Shown here piece by piece: positions 1 to 12,317 of a DNA stretch of 64,000 nucleotides; position 1 is the stretch's first letter; each line of letters starts with the position of its first letter. The DNA is from Octopus vulgaris. Taxonomy: Eukaryota. The notes below the pieces were generated by a model. The model was given only the letters and a program-made list of their open reading frames with translations, was not told the origin of the DNA and searched no databases. The stretch is from assembly GCA_951406725.2 (NCBI GenBank), contig OX597842.1, forward strand, positions 3,100,001 through 3,164,000. The letters are read 5' to 3'. The position numbers were made by a program, and so were the translations under genes.

Positions 1-196
1 GAAGAAGAAGAAGAAGAAGAATGATATAATTAATATATAAATATATGCATATATACATACATATATGTACATACCTACATATATATGTATATATACATGC
101 ATATGTGGGTACAGGACACCAAAAAAACGTAGACAGAATGAGAAACGGGAACATAAAAAAGAACAAAAATATAGAAAACGAACTTTCCACAACCGA

Positions 197-288
197 AAGA
201 GCTACAAATAGTTTCATGCTATTATGATACTTGAACAGGCATTTTTATAAAATATGCCATGTATCTTAAAACAATCTTTCAGGCTCTC
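197..288 (-). ncRNA. Degenerate minimal type-I hammerhead ribozyme motif
   Basis: Minus strand: GAGAGC-CTGAAAGA-[long imperfect helix II]-GAAA-CTATTTG-TA-GCTCTT. Helix I is GAGAGC/GCTCTT; the core has one extra A relative to CUGANGA. Confidence 0.5.
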
Positions 289-344
<56 letters not shown>

Positions 345-345
345 G

Positions 346-379
<34 letters not shown>

Positions 380-1043
380 AACATTTTATCATTAATTAAA
401 ATCTTAGGGTAGCAAGAATATTCATAGAAAAATTCTTAGTTACCAGTGGTCTAGTGAAAAAGGAAAAAATTAGTCAATAGACTATATATTATTCAAAGAA
501 GAATACGGTGTACGTTCAAACACAAAAGAGATACCTGAAGAATAGGATATCTGACTAGCTAGAAAGAGCAGTTAAAACTCCAAGCCACCAATTGTTGTAA
601 TTCCGAAAGTGAATGGAAAATAAAAACTTTTTAAAACTATATATATATATATCAAACAAAGAGAGATTAATAAGGGATTAGTAGTCTCAGGCGAAATAAT
701 TCTTAAGCTCTCTGTAGATAAAAATATACCAGGCTACGGAAGTCTTCCTGTTCGGTATTGTAGTTCATGTAATCTAAAATCAAGGTTCGGCAGTTACAAA
801 AGGAGGAAATCCATGGTTCGGCTACCAAGATTGTATGATTTTACAGAATGATACAGAAAAAATAATGATACAGTCAGAAATAATAGGTTATATACTTTTA
901 TATATTTATTATAGGCTTACAGCTGTTTCAGACACACATTTGAGAATGATCATGCTGAAATCGAACGATCGATCCATCAAGTGAAAATATAGGGAACCAC
1001 TACTCTGAAGCCATTTTCTTTAGAGAGCAACAAACCAATTCTT

Positions 1044-1268
1044 GTATTTGTTTCAGTAATGTTAACTGCAGCCATGCTGGAGCACCGCCTTTAGTCGAAT
1101 AAATCGACCCCAGAACATATTCTTTGTAAGCCCAGTACTTATTCTATCAGTCCCTTTATATGTAAGTTACAGAGACGTAAACACACCAGAATCGGTTATC
1201 AAGCGATGGTGGGGAGAGGACAAATACAGACACACAAACAAACATACATACATACATACATACATACA

Positions 1269-1304
<36 letters not shown>

Positions 1305-1664
1305 TAAGAGATAATGGTGTCATTGAGACCCAAAGGTGTCAGGTATTGCTGAATAAGTGATTTAACTTTCCTCTCACACCGTCTCCGATGAAGGGATATT
1401 ATTAATAAATATCCTAGAAACAGCTGTAAGACCTTCTATCTGTAAATGCTCTAATATCTACATAGCCTTGGGTTTTTTTAATCTTATTACGCAAAAAATT
1501 TCCTATATATATATATACACGGAACGGGCTTCTTTCAGTTTCCGTCTCTCACAAGCCTTTGGGCGGCCCGAGGCTCAAGTAGAAGACACTTGCCCAAGTG
1601 CTACGCGGTGAGGCTGAACCTGGAACGATGTGGTTGATAAGCTAGCTACTTACCACACAGCCAC
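1044..1664 (-). mobile_element. tRNA-derived CORE-like SINE (family A) with a hammerhead cassette in its internal microsatellite
   Basis: Family A tail (GCCATGCTGGAGCACCGCC) and head (CTTACCACACAGCCAC) read on +; foreign ~200-bp insert at ~1308-1503 between (TA)n. Confidence 0.85.
1381..1432 (+). ncRNA. Minimal type-I hammerhead ribozyme motif (U4>C variant)
   Basis: GTCT-CCGATGA-A-GGGATATT/AATATCCT-A-GAAA-CAGCTG-TA-AGAC; palindromic helix III; helix I GTCT/AGAC. Confidence 0.65.
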
Positions 1665-1763
1665 AATTGCCAAAGAAACGAAAAGAGGAAGGAATTTGAT
1701 CTCGGTTGGCATTTTTAGAGAACCAAGTCATCTACTTTTAGTCAACAAATCTTTAATCATAAA

Positions 1764-3035
1764 CGCAGGTGTGGTTGTCCCGTAAAGTTTGCTTCCTAAC
1801 CAAATGGTTCCGGGTTCAGTCCTACTGCGTCGCACCTTGGGCAAGTATCTTCTCATGTAGCATCCGGCTGGCCGAAGTCTTGCGAGTAGATTTGGTGGAC
1901 GGAAACTAAAAAATGCCCGTCGAATATCTGTGTGTGTCTCCGTCTACGTAACTTAGCAGTTCGGCAAAAGAGACAGTTAGAATTAGTACCAGGCTTTACG
2001 AAAACATTAAGTCCTGGGGTCGATTTGTTCGACTAAAATTCGTCAAGGCGGTGCCCCAGTATGGCCGCAGCGATATGACTAAAACAAGTAAAAGATAAGA
2101 TGCCACGAGTTTAATGGTATTGACATCCAGTAAACAAATTCGATACTTTACTGCTGGGGTTCTCAACCATTTTTTTTTTACCTATAAACGCTTACTATTT
2201 TATTCTGGTGGACCCCACCATAGCCATTCGATGGTTCATAGGGCAAGTGTCTTCTACTATATCTTCTGGCCGACCAAAGACTTGTGAGTGGATTTGGTTG
2301 AAGGAAACTGAAAAAAACCCATCGTATATATGTTTGTATTTGTGTATGTGTCTTTGTATCTGTGTTTGTCCCACCCCCTCATCACCACTTGACAACCGGT
2401 GTTGGTGTGTTTACGTCCCCGTAACTAAGTTGTTTGGGAAAAGGATCTTGATAGAATACGTACTAGGTTTTGAAAAAAGTCCTGAGGTCGATTTGTTTGA
2501 CTAAAACCTTTCAAGGCGGTGCTCCAGCATGGCCGCAGTCAAATGACTGAAACAAGTAAAAGAATAAAAGAGGGAGAGAGAAAGTGTGTCAGTCTTTGTG
2601 TGTTTGTTCCCCTCCTACCGCTTGGCAACCGGTATTGGCGTGTTAGTGTCCCTGTAAGCTAGCAGTTCGCCAAAAGATACCGATAGAATAAGTACATGGT
2701 TTAAAGAAAATAGGCGGCGAGGTGGCAGAAACGTTAGCACGCCGGGCGAAATGCTTAGCGGTATTTCGTCTCTCTTTACGTTCTGAGTTCAAATTCCGCC
2801 GAGGTCGACTGTGCCTTTCATCGTTTCGGGGTCGATAAATTAATTACCAGTTGCGTACTAAAGTCGATTTAATCGGCTGGCCCCCTCCTCAAAAGTTTCG
2901 GACCTTGTGCCTAGGATAGAAAATAAAGAAGGCTTAAAGAAAATAAGTACTGTGGTCAGTTCGTTCGGCTAAATAAATTTTCAATGCGTTGCCCCAGCAT
3001 GGCCGCAGTCTAATGACTGAAACAAATAAAAGAAT
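1764..3035 (+). mobile_element. Cluster of family A SINE copies with a nested family B SINE (2713-2925)
   Basis: Repeated GGTTCCGGGTTCAGTCC / ACCTTGGGCAAGT / GGCGGTGCYCCAGCATGGCCGCAGTC motifs; the B copy is flanked by duplicated TTAAAGAAAATA. Confidence 0.85.
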
Positions 3036-3834
3036 TACAGATGAAGGACCGGTGTGAAAACCAAAAAATATTGATAGTGTTTTCGAATAAAAACAAAGAA
3101 AACTACAAAAACTACTCCACGTGGCATTTGTTCCGTCCAAGTTAGACAAACAATCCCTTATCACATTAAACGTCATAAAAAATGCAGTACACCACTGATT
3201 AGCCCTGTTAGTAAGCACGCCGCTATTGTTCACAGTTACACTCTATAACATAAATAAGACGATATAGCAGAACAGAGGCGACAATACAACGGGGAAATCT
3301 TTGCACAAATATCAAGTCAGCTTATGAATGCAAGATTAACAAATACAGGTGGCACTGAATTTGTGAATATATTTCACTTATCGTTTTTATAGATTCTATA
3401 TTTTGGCATAATTTCAGTCAAAGACGCCAAACCAGACAAAAGCTGGCATTACAAGAGGGAATTCTTGTAACCGAAGTTGGAGTCAATGATGAATATTTAA
3501 TTAAGAACTACATGAGAATAACGTAACACTTTCCCAGTAGCCACAAAACTTACTGAATTTGTTAAAATCATTCGGTGAGCCAGACGCATTGGACACCTCT
3601 GCTAGAAATGACAGTTAAATCTATTTCTATATCGTCCGTAAATTGCGTTTTTTTTTAAAGTTAACTTTTTCGTTACGGGGGAGCAAGGGGAGAGATCGCT
3701 CCATCTCATCCCAATTTTCAAAATTGGCCCCTTTCAATTTTTTTAAAAGTCTTTAGTTCACTTGTACGATAACAAACGAATCCCCGACTCCACATTTTTG
3801 TCTATGGTCTTGGAAGAACTTTTTTTCCTTACTT

Positions 3835-3897
3835 GTTTCCATTAGACTGCGGCCATGCTGGAGCAGCGTCTTGAAGAATTTGTAGTCGAACTTATCA

Positions 3898-3928
<31 letters not shown>

Positions 3929-4181
3929 TACATACACACATATATATGCACACACACATACATACATATATACATATATATATATATGTTCTTTTCTTTT
4001 ATTCTTCTACTTGTTTAAATCATTTGACTGTGGCCATCCTGGAGTAACACTTTTAGTCCAACAAATCGACTCCAGGACTTAATCTTTGTGAGCCTAGTAT
4101 TTATTCTATCGGTCTCTTTTGCCGAACCACTAAGCTACAGGGACGTAAACATACCAGCATCGGTAGTCAAGCGATGATAAG

Positions 4182-4230
<49 letters not shown>

Positions 4231-6078
4231 CGACGGGATTCTTTCAGTTTCCGTCTACCAAATCCACTCACAAGGCTTTGGTCGGCCCGAGGCTACAGAA
4301 GACACTTGCCCAAGGTGCCACGCATTGGGACTGAACCCGGGACCATGTGGTTAGTAAGCAAGCTTCTTACCACCAGGCTACATTTTCGGGAGTCATTACA
4401 TTCTTTGATCAGCCTCCCGTGTTTCGGAACTGTCTGCCCAATCTCCCGTGATGTGTTGTTCGTCGCTGATATCTGAAGAACAAATACAGACCCTGACGTC
4501 ATAACCTCTCAGCATCGGACATTCCCATGGCGTTTCATCGTTTGTCATGTCACACCTACGTCATGAATTGTAAGTTTTATACATAAAGACATTGTTACCG
4601 GAACATGAAATTAATGAACGTAGAATACAATTACATATATTACATCTAATTAAATATTTCGTGTAATGTAAGAGAAATTAATTAAAAATTACTTGGTATA
4701 GGTGCAGGAGAGGCTGTATGGTAAGTAGCTTTCTTACCAACCACATGGTTCCGGGTTCAGTCCCACTGCGTGGCACCTTGGGCAAGTGTCTTCTACTATA
4801 GCCTCGGGCTAAGCAGAGCCTTGTGAGTGGATTTGGTAGACGGAAACTGAAAGAAGCCCGTCGTATAATGTATGTGTGTGTGTGTGTGTGTGTGTGAGTC
4901 TTTGTGTGTGTTTGCTTCTCTCCTACCGCCTGGCAAGCGGTATTGGCGTGTTTACGTCCCTGTAATCGTGCAGTTCACCAAAAGATACCGATAGAATAAG
5001 TACAAGGCTTAAAGAAAATAGGCGGCGAGGCGGTGAGGTGGTAGAAACGTGTGTTTGTGTGTCTATGTTTGTCCCCCAACATCGCTTGGCAACCGATGCT
5101 GGTGTGTTAACCAGCGGTTCGGCAAAAGTGACCGATAGAATAAGTACTAGGCTTACAAAGAATAAGTCCTGTGGTTGATTTGCTCGACTAAAGGCGGTGC
5201 CCCAGCATGGCCGCAATCAAATGACTGAAACAAGTAAAATAGTAAATGAGAGTATGTGTCTGTCTGCTTTTTCTGGATCTTTTTGCTCGCATAACGTTCG
5301 AACCTGGCCACGCTTATTGCATTACTCTTTACTCTTTTACTTGTTTCAGTCATTTGACTGCGGCCATGCTGGAGCACTGCCTTTAATCGAACAACTCGAC
5401 CCAGGGACTTATTCTTTTGTAAGCCCAGTACATATTCTATCGGTCCTTTTTGCCGAACCGCTAAGTAACGGGGACATAAACACACCAGCATCGGTTGTCA
5501 AGCAATGCTAGGGGAACAAACACAGACACACAAACATACACACACACGCATATACATATATACATATATACGACGGGCTTCTTTCAGTTTCCGTCTACCA
5601 AATCCACTCACAATGCTTTTGTTGGCCCGAGGCTATAGCAGAAGACACTTGCCCAAGGTGCCACGCAGTGGGATTGAACCCGGAACATTGTGGTTGGTAA
5701 ACAAGCTACTTACCACACAGCCACTCCTGCAGCACTGTCTTGAAGAATTTTTAGTTGAATGTATCAACCCCAGTACTTATTCTATTTTTGCTCTTTTGTT
5801 GAACTGCTAATTTATAGGGACATAAACAAACCAATACCGGATGTGAAGCAGTGATGGTGAGGAACAAACCCAGACACAAAAATACGCACACATAGATATC
5901 CATATACGTATACATACATGAAGGGCTTCTTTCGGTTTCTGTCTACTAAATTCACTGACAAGGCTTTGGTCGGCTCGAGGCTATAGTAGAAGACATTTGC
6001 CCAAAGTGCCACGCAGTGGGATTGAACCCGGAACCATGTGGTTGGTAAACAAGCTACTTACCACACAGCCACTCCTGC
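3835..6078. mobile_element. Family A SINE copies in both orientations (4000-4375 -, 4699-5250 +, 5325-5730 -, 5730-6078 -)
   Basis: tRNA-like A/B boxes, CORE-like ACCTTGGGCAAGTGTCTT, internal (CA)n/(TA)n, conserved tail. Confidence 0.9.
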
Positions 6079-6079
6079 A

Positions 6080-6345
6080 TTACCATAATTCTGTTGAAGT
6101 ACACTGCCTTTGTTTCAATTAATCTTTCAAATAATTAAGAATTTATAGTAAAAGAACGTTGTCGTTATTAAGTCTGTGTTTGAAGCATAAATTAACATGA
6201 AATTTTGATGGGAGGTTTTTTTTTTTTTAGACCGCATTAATCCTCTTGTTTGGCGTGTTTCTGTTGAAATTCACTGCTTTTGTTTCAATAAATTTCGAAA
6301 ACAATGAAGAATTTAGTGAAATAACTTAAGCTGGGGTTTGGCATG
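6080..6345 (+). repeat. Two partial copies of an AT-rich repeat, probably DNA-transposon derived
   Basis: TTCTGTTGAARTWCACTGCYTTTGTTTCAAT...AAGAATTT occurs at ~6089 and ~6259. Confidence 0.45.
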
Positions 6346-6439
6346 ACCAGAATTATCAAGAAAGATGGTTGAAAAGAACGAACAGCATGGTACCGTAGGC
6401 TGCAGGTAGCAAGCCCGCTACGTATGAAAAACTACAGCG

Positions 6440-6914
6440 ATTATTTACATTATTTACATTTTACGGATATTTACGGATATTTCCTCGTCTTGTTTGTTGT
6501 TAACACAACGTTTCGGCTGATATACCCTCCACCCTTCATCAGGTGTCTTGGGGAAATTTCGAACCTGGGTTCTCATTCCTAAAGTATTTTTTCAATGGTA
6601 TTCTTCTTCTTCTTCTTATTATTATTATTTTTTCAATGGTATTCTTCTTCTTCTTCTTCTTCTTATTATTATTTTTTCAATGGTATTCTTCTTCTTCTTC
6701 TTGTTATTATTATTATTATTCTGGTCACCGCTTGGAATCGAACTCGGAATCTTGGGGTTAGTAGCCCGCGCTCTTAATCACTTTGCCACTGGAGGGTATC
6801 TCAGCCGAAACGTTGTGATAACAACAAACGAGATGAGGACAAATATCCGTCGAATGTAAATAATGTAAATAATGTAAATAATGTACACAATTCCTCATCT
6901 CTTAAATACAGAAC
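6440..6914 (-). mobile_element. tRNA-headed element carrying a hammerhead ribozyme, with an inverted copy of its 3' end
   Basis: Minus-strand head 6788-6721 has an A-box (TGGCAAAGTGA) and B-box (GAGTTCGATTCC). Hammerhead at 6547-6502. Segment 6440-6531 is repeated inverted at 6789-6883. Confidence 0.7.
6502..6547 (-). ncRNA. Minimal type-I hammerhead ribozyme motif
   Basis: GACAC-CTGATGA-A-GGGTGG/TCAGCC-GAAA-CGTT-GTGTT; intact core; palindromic AACGTT helix III. Confidence 0.75.
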
Positions 6915-6952
6915 ATCGAGTTCCAACAAAACCTGAGTGAAAAGAAACAATA

Positions 6953-7607
6953 ATCCTTTCTACTGGAGGTGCAGGGCCTCAAATTTGTGGGGAGGAGACT
7001 GGTCGATTACATCGACCCCAGTGCACAACTGATACTTAATTTATCGACCCCGAAAGGATGAAAGGCAAAATCGACCTCGACGGAATTTGAACTCAGAGCG
7101 TGAAAACGGACGGAATACCGCTAAGCATTTCGCCCGGCTTACTAACAATTCTTTCTACTATTGGCACAAGGCCTGAAATTTGGTGGGAGGGGGCCAGTCG
7201 ATTAGATCGAGTCCCGTACGCAACTGGTACTTAATTTATCGGCGAGCTGGCAGAAACGTTAGCACGCCGGGCGAAATGCGTTGCTGTATTTCGTCTGCCG
7301 TTACGTTCTGAGTTCAAATTCCGTCGAGGTCGACTTTGCCTTTCATTCTTTCGGGGTCGATTAAATAAGTACCAGTTACGCACTGATGTCGATATAATTG
7401 ACTTAATCCGTTTGTCTGTCCTTGTTTGTCCTCTCTGTGTTTAGCCCCTTGTGGGTAGTAAAGAAATAGGTACTTAATTTATCGATCCTGCAACGATGGA
7501 AGGCAAAGTCGACCTAGAAGGAATTTGACCTCAGAACATAAAGACGGACAAAACACAGCTAAGCATTTCGCCCGGCGTGCTTACGATTCTACCAGTTTGC
7601 TGCCTAA
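6953..7607. mobile_element. Nested or adjacent family B tRNA SINEs (Meta-like central domain)
   Basis: GGCGAGCTGGCAGAAACGTTAGC head, GAGTTCAAATTCC B-box and GCCTTTCATCCTTTCGGGGTCGATAAATTAAGTACCAG core. Other copies at 9765-9988, 17720-18121, 18458-18670, 24470-24590, 34731-34960, 35518-35695, 36775-36960 and 51920-52093. Confidence 0.85.
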
Positions 7608-7980
7608 GATCACTCAGAGAATGCAAACCTCCGCCAAGGCAACACCAATGTCCTCTCAACGATTAACAGGAGATGGTTTTAAAATGAGAATATCTGAAAT
7701 AAACTCGACTGCTCTCAGAAATGAGAATACTAAAAATGAACCTGACCACTCTCAAAAATTAAGTAAAGAAAACAGGAAAAATAATCCAGAATCCTTGTCC
7801 GGTACCGGATCGATCCCAAAATCTAATCAGTTCGTGCCAGTCACGAGGTCAAACATATCTGAAAGTTTCATCCAAATCCATCTAGTGGTTCTTGAGATTT
7901 CTTGTCCACGGACAAACAAACTAACAAACAAATACGACTGAAAACAATACTTGGGCCTTCGCTAAGGCAGAGCTAATAAT
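7607..7980 (+). mobile_element. Non-autonomous Helentron/HINE-like element
   Basis: AAGTTTCATCCAAATCC...ACAAACAAAC...GAAAACAATAC plus terminal hairpin GCCTTCGCTAAGGC; second partial copy at 59742-59922. Confidence 0.55.
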
Positions 7981-8145
7981 AATCATGGCCACCACCGTTG
8001 TTACCTCCACCACCAACATCATCATCACTACAACTAGCATCATCGTCATCACCATCATCCCACCACCATTATCATCATCGTCATCGCAGTAGTAGTAATA
8101 GCTCTTATCGTCATCACTAGCATCGCCATCAAGATCATTACTATT

Positions 8146-8178
<33 letters not shown>

Positions 8179-9029
8179 GTCATCATCGTGACTGTCCCCA
8201 CCACCACCATCATACAGTCGCTGTCACTACCGCCACCCACTGGGCCACACCCTCCCACCCCGCCCGCAACCCGTAACAATATCCCTCCCCCTCCCCTTAA
8301 AACTGAAATAGGTTATGAGTCAACAGGTGGAGTGGATTAACAAAGCGTGACGTACTTCAAGTCACATGGGAGAGGTTAATTAGTGCAATGTGGTCTCTGG
8401 GGTCTGGTGGGAGGAGGGGGATAGGAGATGAAGGTTACTGATAGCAGTGGTGGTTGTGGTTGTGGTGGTGGTGGTGTTTGCGATGACGGTGATGACGGTG
8501 GTGGCGATTGTGGTTTTGATGGTGGTGGTAGTGTTGGCGGTTGTAGTAGTGGTGAAGGTTATGGCGGTGGTAGTAGTACCGCCGCTTGTGGTACTAGGGC
8601 TTGTTGTGGTGGTAATGGTAGTAGTGGTAGTGGTTGTAGTGGCGGCAGTGGTGATGATGGCGGTAGTGGTGTTGGTGTTGGTGGTGGTGTTGGTTGTAGT
8701 ATTGGTATCAGTGGCAGGTGTAGTAAATATCATTTTGGTAGCGGTGGTAGTGATGATGGTTGTAACGGTGAAGATTGCGGTGGCGGTATTGGTGGTGGTG
8801 GCGGTGTGTCATATTAATTAATTAAATCAGTCGGTGGCCAAAGAAGAAAAAAGAATTTGAGTTTAATGAGTTTTGCCCAACCACTGACTCAAACAGGCTA
8901 AAACAACAACAACCACTACAAGAATACTACTACTACTACAAGAATGCAATTACTACTACTACTACTTCTACTACTACTACTACTTCTACTACTACTTCTA
9001 CTACTACTACTACTACGACTACTACTACG

Positions 9030-9061
<32 letters not shown>

Positions 9062-9154
9062 AATAATGCAATTACTATTACTACTACTTCTACTACTACA
9101 TTACTACTACTTCTACTACTACAAGAATACTACTACTTTAACTACTACAAAACG

Positions 9155-9186
<32 letters not shown>

Positions 9187-9304
9187 CACTACTACTACTA
9201 CTACTACTACAATAATTAAAGCAACAACAACCACAATAATTTCCACAATTACTACTACTAAGTAGCAATTATAACAGAAATGACTGCAATAACTACTACC
9301 ACTA

Positions 9305-9340
<36 letters not shown>

Positions 9341-9620
9341 TTGCTACTGTTGCTACTAAGCAAACTGTAGCAACAACGACTACTACATCTATTACCACGG
9401 CTACCATTAATAACACCATTACCACCACTACTATTACGCAATTAGTAAGGACGGCTTCTACTATCACTAGTGCAACTAGCAAACCCCCCTCACACACACA
9501 GACCACCACCACTGCTACAGCAGCAGCAACAACATCAACAACAATTCCAACCACAAATACAATTGCTTCTACTATTTTAGCTACTGCTACAACTGTAACA
9601 AAAACAACAGCAACAACAAA
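7980..9620. repeat. Compound trinucleotide microsatellite block (CAT/CAC/GGT/CTA)
   Basis: Direct reading; source of the poly-Thr/Val/Gly ORFs. Confidence 0.95.
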
Positions 9621-10272
9621 TGCAAATTTCTTCCAGGTCCGGAACTGAGCTTTGGGGTCGCATTCTGCGCCACAGAAACAGTTGATGGCTCTGATAATTC
9701 TAGAGCTAATAAATGCAACTGAATCCGCATAGGCAAGTCATACCAGGGAGTCGTACGAAATAATCTTGTCTACTTTAGGCACAAGGCTCGAAATTTTTGT
9801 GGGTGGGAGCCAGTCGATTAGATTGACCCCCCCCCCCCAGTACGCAATTGGTACTTAATTTATCGACTCCGAAAGGATGAAAGGCAAAGCCGACCTCGGC
9901 GGAATTTGAACTCAGAACGTAACGGCAGACGAAATACCGCTAAGTATTCTGCCCGACGTGGTAACGGTTCTGCCAGCTCGCCGCCTTGACATAGTGTATC
10001 TAGGACTAACTTATCTAATGTATAGGACCGTAGTATTAGTGGCTATTGTTGCTGTTTAGCCCTAGGTCAGACCTGATCCCGCAGACCTGAAACCATCCAA
10101 TTTTTATTCATTATGTATCGAGAGTATGCTATACTCAGAACAAACGGCAAACGAAATACTGCTAAGTATTTCGTCCGGCGTGCTAACGAGTCTGCCAGCT
10201 CGTCGCCTTAGTCGTATGAAATAATGTTTAATGTTAGTTGTCAGCATTGCTTTTGTACTGGTACCCATGCAA

Positions 10273-11250
10273 TCAGATGATATAGTCGGCCTTCGCATTG
10301 GTCACGGTGCAAATATTAGATGGAGAAGTGAGTGACGTATTCAAGTCGTCGAAGTAGCTGCCGCTCACTTTGTTTCTGGTGCCCATCATTGGCTGTTGTT
10401 GTGGACGCACTGGTTTTGAGACGGTGTTCTGTGAAGTCCTGTCTTTCCTATGTTCTGCTTGAAAGGCAGGCGATGTAAAGTCTCTTGCTGAAAGAGTGGA
10501 AGACAAGCAACTTGAAATCAGTCCTTTCCTCACTAGATTTTTTTTTTAGATATTTTAACCAAAATCGTCTTCGTTCGTGCCGCTTTCGCGAATTCCCATG
10601 ACTCTCTCTAGCCATCCAATTCCATGAATTTGAATCGGAGGCTTGAATTTGACTTGGGAACTTGAGTCATAATGAATATTTCATTATCTGATTACAGAAC
10701 CATGGACGTCACCCCTATGGATGCATTGCAGTTATTTTCTTCATAGAGGTTGGTGATCCTGATCTTTGATATAGGATTCTTCCGCTCAACATCAACGTAA
10801 GACGCACCACCGGCTCATTTGAGCTCTCTCGATACCTCTTCACAACCCACCATGCTGCAATCCCATGATTTTACCATGTCTCTGGCAGGATAGCTGGACG
10901 ACTGCTATGCCTTGTCAAAGGGTAGCGTGTAACTATGCAGGGCATAGTCCTCACTTTGTGATATTTCATTAACTGATTATACAACCATGGACGTCATCCT
11001 TATGAATGAGTTGCAGTTACTCTCTTAATACAGCTTGGTGATCTTGACCGCCGAGCTTCTAGGATTCCTCCGCTCAGCCTCAATATAAGAAGCACTGTTG
11101 GCCGAGTTGAGCTTTTCCTCCACCTCTTCACAATCCGCTATGCTGCAGTCCCATGACTTTGCCGTATTCCTGGATGGTGGTTGAACGAGTGCTATGTCTT
11201 GCCAAAAAGCAATCTGTAATTGTTTAGGGCAAGGTCCCCACTCCGTTAGG
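10273..11250 (-). pseudogene. Unidentified decayed coding-like sequence with an in-frame 285-bp tandem duplication
   Basis: Units start at 10676 and 10961. Minus-strand translations KSWDCSIADCEEV..ASYIEAERRNP..ITKLY and KSWDCSMVGCEEV..ASYVDVERKNP..ITNLY show many synonymous differences. Confidence 0.5.
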
Positions 11251-11574
11251 TATTTTGAAAACACTCGCATACCCTTAACCAAAAGTTAAGATTGAGATAA
11301 CCCTGAACGAACATTCTACAGAAGATATGGCCACTTGACTGTGACACGCATGAGTCACCAACGTGTCCTGGCGCTCTAATGACCAGTAACTTGACCCTAA
11401 TGCTTGGGAGGTGGACCAGTGACCCAACTCTATACTGTAAAGAAGAAATAAAAAACAGAAATAGATGTGTCAGTGAACAAAAATGCAAATATAAAAAAAG
11501 GGCACTACCCGAACGATTATCGCAAAACAATCTGGCCGACACCCTAACATATTTGTCAACTGAGCATATATATG

Positions 11575-12050
11575 TGGGCGCAGGCGTGGCTTATTGGCAC
11601 TGGCGTGGCTTTATAGGCGCAGGTGCGACTTTGTGGTAAGAAGCTTGCTTCCCAGTCACATGGTTCTAGGTTCATTCCCACCATAGCACCTTGGTCAAGT
11701 GTCTTCTAAGATAGCCCTGGTCTGACCAAAGCCTTGTGAATGGATTTCGTTGAGGGAAACTGAAAGAAGCCCGCCCTATATATGTCAAAATACATATGTG
11801 TAAGTTTGCATATTACTTTTGTGAGTATATGAATGTGCGTGTGTGAGCGTTTTGTCTATGTTTGTCCCCCACCAACCGGTGTTGGTGTGTTTACGTCCCC
11901 ATAACTTAGCGATTCGACAAAAGCTACTGATGGAATAAGTAACAGCTTTAAAAATAAAATATGCACTGGGGTCGATTCGTTCGAGTAAAATTCCAAAGGC
12001 GGTGCCCCAGCGGGGCCGCAGTCTAATTGCTGAAACAAGTAAAAGATAAA
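11575..12050 (+). mobile_element. Family A SINE
   Basis: Head-core-tail motifs; 5' half of another copy on - at 12505-12670. Confidence 0.85.
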
Positions 12051-12071
12051 ACACACACACACACACACATA

Positions 12072-12253
12072 CAGGGTCAAAATTAGGCTTACAGTTATCA
12101 CGTGTGCACTTCAAATTTGTTTTAAAGCATTTTAATACATTTAAATTTCTATCTTACAATTAACTAAATTAGAATAATGGATTCATATTTTTTATAATTC
12201 AGATCTAAACTTTTAATATATTATTGCGAAAGAGATACTTTTGGACTACCCTG
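12072..12253. mobile_element. Tc1/mariner-type MITE
   Basis: Degenerate TIRs CAGGGT..CAAAA / TTTTGGACTACCCTG with TA on the left; similar element at 27245-27455. Confidence 0.5.
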
Positions 12254-12259
12254 TGTGCG

Positions 12260-12317
<58 letters not shown>

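Noticed and set aside
530-1030. Possible additional hammerheads (CTGAAGA..GAAA at ~535-580; GAAACAGCTGTA on minus at ~917-929)
   Set aside because: Only half the core or no convincing helix I; may be decayed members but not supportable.
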